Source of the DNA: Lytechinus pictus
Taxonomy: Eukaryota
Assembly (NCBI RefSeq): GCF_037042905.1
Contig: NC_087250.1
Span: 6,076,001 to 6,140,000, forward strand
DNA: 64,000 nt
Direction of reading: 5' to 3'
A program made the position numbers and the translations under genes. Below, in pieces: positions 48,440-62,205 of the stretch. Numbering within the stretch: the stretch's first letter is position 1; every line of letters begins with the position of its first letter. The notes below the pieces were generated by a model. That model did no database searches, had not been told where the DNA came from, and saw nothing but the letters and a program-made list of their open reading frames with translations.

Positions 48440-49503
48440 AACACCAATATATTTTTCTAAGGTAACATACATAGATGAAAATAAATGTGAGAATACAAGC
48501 AACTCATATCGCTGTACTTAGATTTTTCGTTCCGCTTCACATGGAGTATTGAGCAAAATATGAGGTAATAAGATATTTGAAAGAAAATAATGCGATAGCA
48601 AAGAAAACAGAAAAACCGGTTATTTTATTATTTATTTCCGTTCACCTTTGTTTTCTTCATCACTGTAATTCCTTTCATTTCCTCTTTGAATTTACTTGCA
48701 CAACCATATCCATAACCTTACATATACATTTTATTCTTTCTACGACTACGAATATGTTAACAGGGATGAAAAACACCTTCGCTGATGTAATATTTTTTTA
48801 TAAACAAACAAAATGAATTAACAAATAAAAATAAGAAATAGATACATTTTGAGAACAAGAAGGAGGGATTATCTGATTTAAAGACTGTAGGATCCACTTT
48901 TTTGATATATTATTACTAGATTGTTCACACAATGACTCATAGTTGGCTTAGACCAATAAAATATGAGGATATTCACCGCCCAAAGTCAATCGTTTATTGC
49001 CAATCTCAAACAAGATACATATTTGAACGCGCTGATAAAGCTTATTTATTGCTGAAAACCTGTCATAAAAGACAAATATTTAAAGCCACGTGTCTTATTT
49101 ATGCAGTGCAATAAATTTCATATTTGGACTTGCTGACAAGGTAATATTTTAAATAGGGCATCGTCCTTAAGTGTTAGAACATACGTCAGCTTCAACAAGA
49201 CAAGAAGACTAGATACTCTTTCGCTGAACAAACATTATTTTCATCCTGCCGAAGAACGACCTAATTCCGAAATGCCTTAAATCTGTTCCCTTATATTTCC
49301 TGGTTAAAAACAGATGAACGGTTTACTTTTTTAAAAAGTTTAAATTAACGCCAATAATTAGAAGCATTCGGTGACAAAGACTTCCATGGTGACACTCAGG
49401 GAGAGTAGGTACATGAAATATAATATGATATATTCAATAAATTATTAATTCTTTTTCAGCTTTCATCTCGCGCCATTCTGGTATATAAAAAACAGCACCA
49501 AAT

Positions 49504-50311
49504 GAAGAGCTCACTTGCAAAAGGGGTTAGGTCCATTTTTCATCAAATTTGATTTTTATGTCTTAATGTATAGATTTTTAGTAGCTCTATAAGATATCAA
49601 AGAAAAGTTGAAATTCCTATCAAAAAGTGAACTAAAATGGCAAAGAAAATCACTTTTTTTTCAAAAGGGGTTAGGTCCATTTCAGTTTAGTTGCAAAAGG
49701 GGTTAGGTCCACACATAATTTTTTTTGGAAAAGAATATCTTAAAAAATATGAAGACTGGAAGATTTCTCTAATACACAATTTTATGTTCTCATGGTAGGG
49801 TATCATTAAAATTCAATTTCGCATACGAATATTGAAATATGGGAGAATTAAGAAAATTATTTATTTGGAGTGGACCTAACCCCTTTTGCAACTAGACTCT
49901 TCTGAAGAACTCATTTGTGAAAAGGGGTTAGGTCCATTTTAATTGTTTTTTGTTTCTTAACCTCTAAATTTTTAGTCACTCTGATGATACCAAAGACAAT
50001 TTGAGATTCAAGTGAAAACGTGAATGAAAGTGGCAAAGAAAAATCACTTTTTTAATCAAAAGAGATTGGATTCATTTCAGTTTACCTGCAAAAGGGGTTA
50101 GGTCCACAATGATAATTTTTCAAAAAATATATAGAAAAAAAATTAAGACAGGTAGATTTCTTTTATACCCGATTTTATGTTCACATGATAGGGTAGTACA
50201 TCAAGACAATTTAGTTTCTCATAAGAATATTGCAATAAGTGAGAATGAAAAACATGGTTTTTCTCGGAATGGTCCAAAGTGGACCTGACCCCTTTTGCAA
50301 CTTAACTCTTC
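49504..50311. mobile_element. Two tandem ~400-bp MITE copies with GAAGAG..TTGCAAAAGGGGTTAGGTCCA TIRs (49504-49902, 49904-50311)
   Basis: Each unit has the aaaaggggttaggtcca motif repeated and ends tggacct.accccttttgcaact..actcttc. Confidence 0.8.
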
Positions 50312-50866
50312 AAATAAAGCTATTAGAGAGGCACTATGAAATACCAATTCCATGCTCGGCGATTTTTTTACGTGAACTTCGGTCATGGCAATATACCAGT
50401 TCGTAGTTACTTCATGGACAATTTTGGTCAAATTACCTTTTATTTCTTTCGTTATGATACGCAGATTTCGAAGCCAGATATTACGTAAGCATGCCTTACA
50501 TAGCAGTATGAGGAAAATGAATAGACCAGTGGTGACCGCACAGAAGCGTTGTTAGCGTAACAGAACGCTAACATTAGGGCCAGTCACACCTTTGACGGGT
50601 GACCACCGCCTTGACGCATTGTTTTCACTAAGAGAGCATTAACAGCAGGCATCTCGGTATCGATAATCTCACACAAGCTTAGCCGAATTCCTAATAATCT
50701 AACAATAAAAAGCTTAGCAGAAGCTAACAGTGGCGCTAATGTGAATACAAATCACTAACAGTGCCAAGGGCACCAATAGTGACGATGTTAGTGAATAATT
50801 TCTCTCTTTAAAACTTGTCTCCCTTTCTTATACCAAATGAATTAAAATATACCTCGACCGAATTAA

Positions 50867-51402
50867 AGGGGTATTCTGGGCCCACACAACAATATATTAA
50901 TAAATTGAGTTAAATTAGATGAGCAAATTGCTGAAAATTTCATCAAAATCTGAAGAAAAAAAAAAAATTATTGAATATTAAAAATTATACACTGTATTTT
51001 GCAAATGATATTACTGAGCAGCATATGGCCATGAATATGCAATAAATGGAACGATAATGCCATATCCTCTATAGCTCTTTCCACTTTTCCTGATTTTATT
51101 GAAATGAACTCGTAATTGTCTCAAATGTGTGTATGTCGCCCGAGTAACAAAATCTTGATCTTTGAAGCAATATTCTGGGTGGACAAAAATTAAATAAACC
51201 TAATTTTGTATGATACAACAGACCCTCATTGCATATTCCTGAAGACATGAAAACAAATTTCACCGAAATAGAGCCTAATGCAAAATTTCAAGATACCATA
51301 ATTTGTTGTATTCATTTCCAATTTTTTATCATTTTGTCAGTGTTTTGTTTGTCTCACTTTACTGTTCAAACCGTATTATTTTCTTCAGCCTGGAGTACCC
51401 CT
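50867..51402. mobile_element. Kolobok-like MITE
   Basis: TTAA|AGGGGTATTCTGGGC ... GCCTGGAGTACCCCT|TTAT. Confidence 0.65.
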
Positions 51403-52199
51403 TTATGAATAGGTATATAGCGGGGGATGTTGATTAGTGCCAAGATATGATCATTTTCAATGATTTTTTCTTTCTTCAAAGATATATCATTTATTTGACG
51501 GTGTTTGAAGACATTTTATGAATAGACCATTCATTAGAAAGAAGAACAATAGCTGATGAAATTTATCGCGTGCTAACCATCATTGGCAAATACTCTATCA
51601 TGAGTATGATGAGTGAAGTCTGTGAAGAGCATTTTCAAACAAAAGAAACTGATGAAAAGTGGGATTGCATTTTTTTGGGTACAGAATCTCCATCGTAATA
51701 TCATGATAGGCTAATTTTTCTTATCTTTTTGAAGCTTATTCGATATCTTTTAAATTAAATTATAAAATATATATATATTACCTGCTGCCATTTCATGTTT
51801 AAAATGTAATAATAATTCAATTTTGTAGGCCTATATGATAATGAATTACATTCCTTTACCCTTTACTGGACAAGATTTTAAACTGGTAGGATGTGCAAAT
51901 AATCATAAGTAAGTCTAAGTTAAATCTAGATCACTACGCACAAATTATAGATTTTGCCTAACTCTTATCCCCTAACAACAGCTTTATGTGCCTTTTGTGC
52001 GGTAATTCTACCCATGTTGTTAGGAGCTGAATTGTTAATGGATAATTCTATACAGATTGTGATGGCAAGCGTTGATCTCAGATGTAAATAATGCATTGAT
52101 GTTTTTACAATAGCCCAATCAATGGATGTAAATCAGTTCTATGATTTGGGCATAGCTCTTGGTTTCACCATACCTGAGTTGGATCGCATAGAGTACAAA

Positions 52200-52866
52200 G
52201 TACACAGCTCCTCGTCATAATATTTAAGGTTACCAACAATTTTCTGTAGAATCTGATTTTTTTTGTGCTATTTCTCCTATTTTTAGGGTGCTGAACATGA
52301 ATCTGCTTGTTGTCAAATTTATAAATGCCGTTTTCGACCGTTGCCATGTATTTCTCGTCTTTTTTTTACCATGTTATTTCTTTTTTTACCAAATTAGGTA
52401 TTATTTGGTTGCCATGGCAATGGACTGAGAGTGTATTTATACATTTAGCAAAAACCACTCCTATGTTTAACACCCTAAACACAGGGAAAATGAAAAAAAA
52501 AACAGATTCAACAACTTTAAATAAAAATGTTTACTTTTCTGGAGGAAAAATGACCCGTTACCATGGCAACGGGCCAATTGGAACTAATTTGATGATCTTA
52601 AATATTTTTGAATTTCATTTGTTTTTAATTGGAACCTTGAAATCAATATATTGGCTAATTTATATCGTGTTTATCTACCATTTACAGGGGAATACATGCT
52701 ATTTTTTGAGAAATTAATCCGTTTTCATGGCATTGGTCGAAGACGGCATTTATAAATTTGGCAACAAGCAGATTCGTATTCAGCACCCTAAAAATAGGGT
52801 GATGAGCACAAAAAATCAGATTCTACATAATTTTTTTTGAATTCTTACTACTTGCCGTCTACTAAG
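52200..52866. mobile_element. 667-bp foldback DNA-transposon-like insertion inside the DD1 exon of gene B
   Basis: About 105-bp subterminal inverted arms (tgtagaatctgattttt..tttagggtgctgaa..aaatttataaatgccg..cga at about 52245-52348; reverse at about 52726-52827); absent from the homologous exon of gene A. Confidence 0.85.
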
Positions 52867-55110
52867 AGATTCAGAGATGGAAAACAAGCTACCTTTGACA
52901 TGCTGGTGACATGGAGTGGGAGACAAGAATCTATCCTAGCAGCAAAGAACACACTCAGGGGGTATTTCCAATCATCAGCAACTGATACAACTCTCTCAGG
53001 TTTGTGTTTAGCTCTATTCGTATTTATCATGTTTTAATTTCAATAATATGGTGCCTTAATAGTTCCCAAAGTGACCAAAAATAAAGAACTCAAAGTATGC
53101 TTATTTGAGAATAAAAAAAATGTCAGACCTATGGTATAATTCCACCCTCGAATAATTTTGAATTCTAATTCAGAAAGGAAACTAGAGAAATTGACACATC
53201 TTTATAATTTTGTCCAAGTCTTCTAAATTTGCAATGTATATATTATCACGTAGTTCTTTTCATAGTTTAAAGAAGAAAAGAAAATGCTTAGTATTGTCTT
53301 TATACTATACACGTGTGGCTTAATATATTTTGTCTTATCTTTATCGTTTTCTTTAATCTTGCACTTGACTGCGTTCATCCAGACATTGGACCGAATGAGT
53401 AAGTTTGCATTTTATGTTAAATAAATGATTATTATATGAGAAATAGCAGCCGAAACTTTATATTTATTTTGCTCTTTACGATTTCAAGAATGTTTCGACC
53501 AATTGTATGTATATGAATAATTAAACATATTTTCCGTCAATATGTCTTCTTCCGTCAAATTAAATGCACGTTTTTTTATTCATCTTTCCCTCTCTGTTCG
53601 TATCATACTCTGTCAGAAATGCTCTCAACCAACCTATGGACTAGCTTTGCATTCAAGTTTGTTTTTACCAACATTTCGATAAGTTCATGTTAACCAACCT
53701 AATTGATTCTTCGTGAAACTACTATTGAACTGAAATAAGCCGGAAGTAATAAAAATAATTGAATAAGCATTTAAATTGGCATGGGTTCATTATTTTAATT
53801 TACCTATATTGATCTTATATCCAACCTTACAGATATATTCCTGACAACAGGCTGTTACAAATTGCCCGTTACATCAGCAAAGAAAAGTTCTATGAGATTG
53901 GCAGTCAACTGGGATTTGACGGGACAGAATTACAACACATCAAGCATCGATCGTTCTACAATAGAAAGGATGCTGATATCCAAATGATCTCGATTTGGAA
54001 AGCATCCAAAACATCAATGGATAAAGGAGAGGAGAAGCTGCGGAGATTTTTTATTTCATTTTTTTAGAAAATGCACTTATAATCAAATACTTTTATTTCA
54101 TTTGTCCTACTAATGGCCTAATGATTCGAATTTCGTCCATTTTTTTACTCGAATGATCCAACTGAAAAAAAACTGAAAAAAAACTCAAAAAACTACACTT
54201 TATAACTAATTTAGCTCTTAAAGAGCGTGTATAGTGACTGCACTTCGAAGTGCTGATTTGTCTAGTTCAAATTTGAACGAGAAAATTCCGCACTCCGAAG
54301 GAATGCTGAATTTAAGAGCTAAATTAGCTCTTCGTATTTTTTCGTTTTTAAAAGTGTAGTTTTGAGAGTGGAAATGATTTTGATCTGTAATAGCATTTCC
54401 TCTTTAGCATTTCCGGTGACGTATATTATGTTGTTGTATCTAATGTATTATGTTGATTACTTTAAGATAAAACCAATAAACGCAAATTAAAAAAAAACAT
54501 TACATGTATCTGAATACTGAAGAAAAACAATACATTGTGTGTAGACATTATCTAGAATCCATTCCTTTATTAAATCATTGCCCTTTGTTTATATAAAAAA
54601 AAAGGGTTAGTAAATAGATGTATTGTCATGAACAACTTTCATAATCCCTCTAGAATTGATATTAAAAAGCAGGGATTGACGGCTTTAACTACATGTATAC
54701 AAATGATGAAAACCTCGAATATTAATTCTTTACCTATAAATAGTCAATTGTATATAATTATAAGTAATTCATTTTCCAGTATCACAATGAATATTAGCTG
54801 TAATAAAAAGGAGAATTAGAGCCTGTTGAAAGCAGGTTAGCTTGTATGAAATTGTAAAACCCACGAATTAAAGACTAATGAAAGTTTGTCATCTATTATG
54901 CAAGTACCAGAACAGTTTAAAGCATGTCGAAATTCGAATATTGAATTATTCGAATGTGGAGAACACAAAGGCTATATATACACCCATTGGCGATGCGACC
55001 AAATTTAGCAAAGCGTACATATGAACATGATAATGAAAATACATCCTCTGTCTTTGATCTATTTTTGTGTGTGAATCCTCTACGACATGTCATCCTTTGA
55101 AAAAAAACAC

Positions 55111-55360
55111 CAGGGCCCCCTTTCACAAAGAGATATGATTGATCCGATCAATCTTAATTTACTGAAAGTCCATCAATGTCATTTTTAAAGGAACTGTGCA
55201 GTGTCATTTGTAAACGGAGAGAAGCATACTGAATCGGTGAAGACAGCAATGACCATATGGACATAGATCTTATATCTAAGAAAACATTGTGATCAAACGT
55301 TCTTTTATATGTTGGTTGTCCATAGTTGTGGTTGATTGGATCAATCTTTACTCTGTAAGA
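55111..55360. mobile_element. Degraded copy of the GGGCCCC MITE family
   Basis: cagggccccctttcacaaagagatatgattgatccgatcaatc ... gattggatcaatc. Confidence 0.65.
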
Positions 55361-56991
55361 TATTAAGGTGTTAAATTTAAAAGGTGGCAGCTTAAGTAAA
55401 ACATATGCAGAAGCAATCGGATGCTCTACATTATTGGATGACATTAGTCGCACATCTTGTTCGCCTTGCCAATGAGAGGATGTACAAAGTAAAAACGCTG
55501 TTTAGGATTTTATACAACGTTGTTTACTAAATGAACCTCACAGTATTTGTTTAACCGTTAAACAATCATGTTTAATTTATTGAAGATTAGATATTGAACA
55601 TTAAACTTTGTTGCTTAAACTTTAAACACTTGTTTAAACAATTACTGTAAGGTTCATAAAGTAAACAGCATTGTATATTTTTTTAATGTGTACATATATG
55701 ATTGGTGGTCTCATCATTCGAGTGCCCATATTTTGTACTATCTATTCACCTTTTCTCAAATTGTCATCAACGTTTGTCTCCTTTTTTTTATAACATGTAA
55801 CTTTCTCCATGAGCTTCCTGCTCATTTAACAATTATTTTGCCTTCAGGAGTTTCGGCAAAGAAATGACAGCCGATCGCAAGAAATCTTCTACCAAGTTAC
55901 GAATGTTATCAAATTCACTCTGGATTCAGCAGAAGACGATATAATGCTATCGTGTGTTTCTGACTCAAAGAAGACACAGGAAACCGTAAGCATCTTTAAA
56001 CTTTGTTGGTCGTATGTACATGTAATTTCTCTCCTGTAACACCTACCTCCTTCGGTTTCAAGTCACAATTCTAGATTTTATTTGAATATAGTATGAAAGA
56101 TATTAATTTTTTAAAGGGCTATGTTCATGATCAACTAGGACATGAAGGACACAAATAATTGAAGTGTACAACATGTTGTCATGAATGATAAGATGAATAA
56201 TAAATGACAATTGCCAGTTTTAAGATATACTTAGCCCGACGGACGATATGTTACATTTTTTTGCCAATCTACCAACAAGACCTTGTACACATTAATGTTT
56301 TATATGATATGAGAGGTGACAATACCAGCCATCTGTATCTAAATTCTTTTTGAGGATGAGCATAATATCGTAACCACATCACACCACGCACTTTTTTTCT
56401 CTCTCTCGGTTTTGTGTGTGTTCTCTGGATTTCTTTTTGGACATCTTTCGTTTTTAAATGTCCATCTTTCATTTTGTTTCTTCTCAAGGTTCACGTTGGT
56501 TCCCTACTCTCAGGCGGATGCATTATAGCACACTTCAATCTACCGCCCTCTAGCGGCCAGAAAAGTGTCAGTGTCTGCATTGAGCAGGGTTCATCCACAC
56601 TGGCAGAACAAGAAATACACCTTGCTAGTGAAGGTAAACAAAACTCATATGGAGAAAGAATCCTCAAGTTTCGAAAGAGACGGGAGGTTTTGTAGATAAT
56701 ATTGATACCCTTCAAACGTTTTACTTTTTTTTCATCTTGCAAAGTACTAGAAAGTTTCCTTTCGAGTAAAGGTCGCAGTTCATAAAAAAATCATGACTCA
56801 ACAGTTTTGCGCCCCACGTACCGACCCTATGCATTTAAGAAATCGGGTTAGTCTTCGTAGTATATATGCTTCCATTACATTTACATCTGTTGAAAAATCT
56901 TGTTTAAACCTGCCTTAATCATATTTGGAGTTACTGGACACTACAAGTGGATAATAATATTTTTTTTATTGTTTCCGGTACTGTGAGGGTG

Positions 56992-57240
56992 CACTCTAAA
57001 AAATATTGGGTAAAAATGATCAATGATGGTAATTATGTGTCCAACCAACATTCGACATTTCTTTTGGGTATTTTTATGTATCCAGTGTGATGAAACTTTT
57101 GTCCATCCTAAAGTAATTGCTGTTTATTTTCTAACCTTACTGGACAATATGCTTTCCAAATTGGGTAAAATACTTTCGAAAATATTTTAGAAATATAACC
57201 CTCGTTGTGATAAAAAATTTACCCAATATGTTTTACAGTG
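56992..57240. mobile_element. CACT(C/G)-type MITE
   Basis: cactctaaaaaatattgggtaaaa ... tttacccaatatgttttacagtg. Confidence 0.8.
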
Positions 57241-58131
57241 TAGTAAAAAAAGGGAGTATATCCATATTGATGATATTATTATTGTAATGTTGATAGAAGC
57301 AGTAAATTCACTGTAAGGCGTCTTCAGAAAAGACAATGAGTATTGCACATTTTTTTTATTCTTCTAAACAGTGGAACCTAACTACGAACAGACTCACAGG
57401 TAAGAGTTTTAACAATTTTTTTAAACAACTTAGGTTAATTCACAGAGATAATGGTAACGATGTTTGAAGAAGGGTGCTCGTTTTGAAAAAAAATATGATA
57501 AAAAAGTTGTCGTTCGAAAATGAAGGTGACTTTGGTAAGAATATGACAAGCAAACTTATGGGTGAAGCCTTAAAAATGAAGATGATTTTATCAAATTTCT
57601 ACATATTAGCGTATTAACCTGATTGTCAGGGTTAAATATCATGGGGTTCTTTAGCATCCCTCCTTAATTCCCAGTGTCATTTAAAATTTTCATCAAGGTA
57701 TCGTGACATATTATTCAGTATTAAGTTGAATCGTTAGCAATAACTAATCAAATACTTTTTTGAGGACTGAATAAACAATTATAATGATAATGGGTTGTGA
57801 ACTTATTTTGCAATAAAGCATTGAAACTAAAATATTTTAAACAAATATATCTTGTAAACAGATGACATGCTGTTGGATACCTAATAGTTATTGACGTCCT
57901 GCTACCTTCATGCCTTTATCATTTATTTTCAAATGTGAAAATTTGAATGGATAAATAGTTATCAGTAGCTATATTTTAAGTAAGCTATAAAATGCTTTTA
58001 ACTTTTAACAGTGCGTCTTGCCATGAATATGACAAAATGAACATGACGAATGTCTATGTCTAATAGTTTGGCTTAAGTCTTTGGAAAGTATGATCTATAG
58101 CAATTCACTTTCAATGCTGTTGATTTTGCAG

Positions 58132-58429
58132 AAGAGGAAGAATACGGTTCGCTTCGAACCACATGCTGCATATGCTTTCTGGTTTAGTATGTGAAATAAA
58201 GGGGGCCTGCGAGCTTGGCTACAAACTCGGCCTATCCTACTCAACGGTGGAGAAATACCTCGTCAGAGCAGACTCTTCGGCCAGGAGTGTCTCGGGATCA
58301 GGTCTTAAAGAGATGCTTCAGGACTGGAGAAGGCGTGTTCGACCTAGTGAGCAGGTTAACAAACTTCGCCTTGCTTTAGAAGCCGCGGGATTGAGACGTG
58401 AATCGGAAGTTATCTTTCAAGAAAATTGA
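58132..58429 (+). CDS. Intact terminal death-domain exon of gene B
   Basis: ELGYKLGLSYSTVEKYL...EMLQDWRRRVRPSEQVNKLRLALEAAGL aligns with 14639-14904 (shared DWRRRVRPS); ttgcag| acceptor, TGA at 58427-58429. Confidence 0.7.
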
Positions 58430-60526
58430 AAGGAAGTCGGTCGCCATTTGACAAACTGAGCATCTTAGAGCATTTCGTACATTCGGAAATACACACTTGA
58501 AGAATTGTGTACAATGATTTTTTCTTCTACGACTTCTTTTTCGCACATGAACATATAACTATTCATCTGGAAATTAAAAAAGAAATGTCACATCTATTCA
58601 TGGTTTTTAGATGCAGGCGGTCTCAAAGGTACCAAAGCATGGTGGCTTAGTTAGAGCGCTACATTCTTGAGTCAACGGGCCAAGTTATACACCAACTATT
58701 TTAATAAAGATATAGGGACTTCTACCTTGTTGTCAGGAACATGGATGGAGTTTTACAATGGAGAAGGAAAATAATAACTTTTAACATTTACAAAAAATGT
58801 TGATAAAATATACTGTCCGCTGGAATATCAGCTTAATTACAGTGTTTACATTGTCGTAGATAAATGAGACTTATGCATATTATCATTCTCGTTCTCATTG
58901 TCACAAAGCCTATTTTTAAAATCATGTTCAAAAGTCTTTATTAAGACGGTGTACATAAAATAAGTTTAATTATCTAGGACACGAACTTATTGATGTTATA
59001 ATCTAGTTATTAAAGTGATAAAGAGAGTGATAATAATTAAAAAATCCCAACGTTTTATTGCAGTGTTGCATTTTGAACATCATGATCATGTACACTGCGA
59101 GATCAGTGTTTGACAGTGCTTGCCTTATTTCTTTATTTTATTTTATTAATGTTATTATTTGTTTTTGCTTTCAAGCTCTTGTAAGCCTATAGCAGCACCT
59201 TTGTTACTGAAAACGTGTGTAAAAGATAATAAAAATATCTCATAGACATTGACATTTCTATAGCAAATATTGAAAAGTTCTACGCTGCAGTTCATTCAAA
59301 ACCCATGTAATATTAACCAAATTTTGCAAAGTCGTTTGGCAGGTAAACGAGAGAGGTGCAGTCATTAAACAAAAAATATGGTTCATTTGCATGTTAAGAA
59401 CCTGTCAAGTTTTGAAGGAACAAAAATGTTAAAAACACCAGAAACGATCAAAACAAATGAAAAATCCATGTTATCCTGAATGTTGGATGGAACTTCTTGA
59501 TCTCCTCCTAATTGCAGGATAATTAGAGATTGCTATGTGCATTGAATGTTTCATGAATCATTAAGGGTTTATATAGTGTCTTTCAAGGTCTTGAAACATT
59601 TTACGACACTCTAAATATCAGCTAGGTTTTATGGTTAAACTAAAGCCGTATTAGGCCGTATTTACGTTATGCAATGTTCCGTTTAAACATAGCTGAATAT
59701 TTGACGGTTTCTTCTAAAAGTTATGAAATATATATATACATATACATATACATATGGTTGATAACAAGGATGTCCATTTAGACAATGGCTAACTTGGCAT
59801 TGAGTATAATAGTTAGCCGTAGACTTTTCCTTACTCTCTCCGCGAGTAAAATTGTATATATATTTGATTATATATAGGCCTATATATGATTTTGTACAAC
59901 AGGTTGTGAAACATTTTGCCTAGTCATGACCGAAAACAGTTGGGATGAGGCACGGGCCGGTTGCTTCTCCCCCGAATTGTGAAAACCCACATTTTTATAC
60001 TGAAAAGTGTGCACGAAGTTCTTATATTTTACATTTTGCATGTATACAAAACGCCGCAACGGCAAGCTCGGTCGTTTCGTTCCCTCTCTTCTTTAGTTTC
60101 TTCTTGAATTTCTACAGCCATGTATGGTATTGTAAATAGATATAATGCAGTAATTGTAATGGATCACAATAGTACACAATCTATTAATTTAAAGGAGGTC
60201 GTGTAACAGTTCAATTGGTGCAAATAATCTGTAAAAATAATAATTCATAAAGATGTAATAGTAAAGTTTACCTTTCATCTAAGGATTATAGGATTATAGG
60301 CAGATGCTGTGTTATCAGGATATGGAATATCTGAGGGAAGAGCCCGAGGTAATGGGGTTTTAAGAAAATAACTGTTAATGAATTCAATTCGGCTAGGTGT
60401 CATTAACTATTTTTTTTCTGTATTGGAAAATCTCCTTTTTATGTTCTGTTCAGGTTATTTGACACTCGGAAAGAGGAGTACGTGCAGTTAATAAATAGTT
60501 TTCACTTAATGTAAATACATTTCTAC

Positions 60527-60654
60527 CACTAGCGTACCGACGCGGGGGGGGGGGGGGCAGAGGGGCAGTCTGCCCCCCCCCCCTGACGAGCTTGAAAGAC
60601 CTTTTTGCCCCCCCCCCCTGATGAAAATCCTGAAAAATCCTAGGTACGCCACTG
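60527..60654. mobile_element. Short hAT-like MITE with G/C runs
   Basis: cactagcgtacc ... ggtacgccactg; near-perfect 8-bp flanking duplication atttctac / attactac. Confidence 0.7.
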
Positions 60655-61829
60655 ATTACTACCATCAATATCATTTATAAGTATGTATTGGAAGAAAGTG
60701 TAAAATAGAGTTTCAGTGATATACTCAATGACATGACATTGGGTTAATAATACATTATAAAAGCATTTGTAAAAAAGAAACAAGTAGCAAGTTTAAAATG
60801 ATATACCATGTTAGTGCTTCCAAAAAAGAAAAGAACATAAAATATATAGTGTTTAAGATGTGCATTGGCTATGTATCTACCAATTTGCAAAGAGGTGATA
60901 TTCTATTTGCTAGTGGCATTTCATTTCGTTCATTTCAAGAATTTAAGTTATTACCAAATGAACACCATTAGATACAAAATAAATAGATAAATAAATGAAT
61001 GAATAAAATAATAATAATATTGACATGTAAAAGTTGCAAACGACCCAATCTGACTCGACTGTATTAAAAGGACTATTGTCATAATTTTTCCTTCAGGAAA
61101 TTTGCATAATTTTCTTTGTAAACAAATAGGAAACACGCCGAATTGTCAAGACACAAATGAATGAATAAGTATACATCATTTATTGAACTTCATGACTATT
61201 CATCAAATTCCAATATTATGACTAGGGACCCTCGTAATCATTTTTTTTCTCTACCAGAGTTTACATTGATATAGGTGATTGCCAGTAAATGAATGCAAAT
61301 TGTTAGCAATTGTATATTAATTGATTAATAAATTATTGGATTAATCAATTACTTTTAAATAGTTATTATGTTCCAATCTTGTGATTATTCAGCCTCATAA
61401 TCCTTTTACACCATCAGCGTTTATATGATTGCAGTAATTAAATGTACATAATTACTAGATAATGATGTAACAAGAGAATTGCCAATATTTACAATAAATA
61501 TAAAGAAATATAGACTGGGTGAATGATATTAAATTTTCAAGAAATGTGCATGGAGAAATAGAGATTAAAAAGATATATAAAGAGTTCTTATCTGACCCTT
61601 TTTGTTATCAGGGATCATTTATATATGACCTTAACAAAATGAATTATCAAATGTATTCAACAGTATGTTTACAAAGAATGTCAACATCCATTATTACTCT
61701 TCAAGTATGACGATACTATTTATGAAAAAAAATAATATCTTCTGGTACCTAACTTTGGAATGCTCTTTCAAGCTTTACGAAATAAACTCTGTTTCAATAG
61801 AGCATTCAAAAATGATTTCTATCTCTAGA

Positions 61830-62205
61830 TTTTTATTTTATTTTATTTTAGTTTAGTTTAAATCATTTCATTTTATTTCACTCCATTTTATTCATTTACC
61901 TTTATTGTTTAATTTCAGTTTATTTCATTTCATTTAAGTTTATATAATTTTACTTCATTTCATTTTATTCTACTTTCAAATCTAGTTTGATTTGATTTAA
62001 TTTTATTAATTTATATTGTTTTACTTTATTTAATTTTATTCTATTTTGTTTCATTTTTTCTTTTTTATTGCATTTCATTTGATTTTACTTAACATGTATT
62101 TTCCTTTTATTCAATTCAATCTAATTTAATTTTATTTTATCTATTTAGTTTGTTTTATTTTATTCTATTTTTGGTTTTATCTTATTTCATTTTGTTTTCT
62201 TTATC
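61830..62205. repeat. Degenerate (TTTTA/TTTCA)n pentanucleotide low-complexity tract
   Basis: Visible 5-nt periodicity. Confidence 0.85.

Larger units (their letters stand above)
51875..58429 (+). pseudogene. Gene B: disrupted paralog of gene A (DD1, DD2, UPA, terminal DD exons; middle exons not found)
   Basis: Exon homologs 51875-51908 (tentative), 52056-52199 plus 52867-52999 (DD1), 53383-53398, 53833-~54046 (DD2), 55848-55985, 56489-56633, 57372-57399, 58132-58429. In-frame TAA at 52089-52091; the DD2 exon runs into TAG with no donor; no linker, DD3, DD4 or ZU5 exons seen. Confidence 0.8.
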
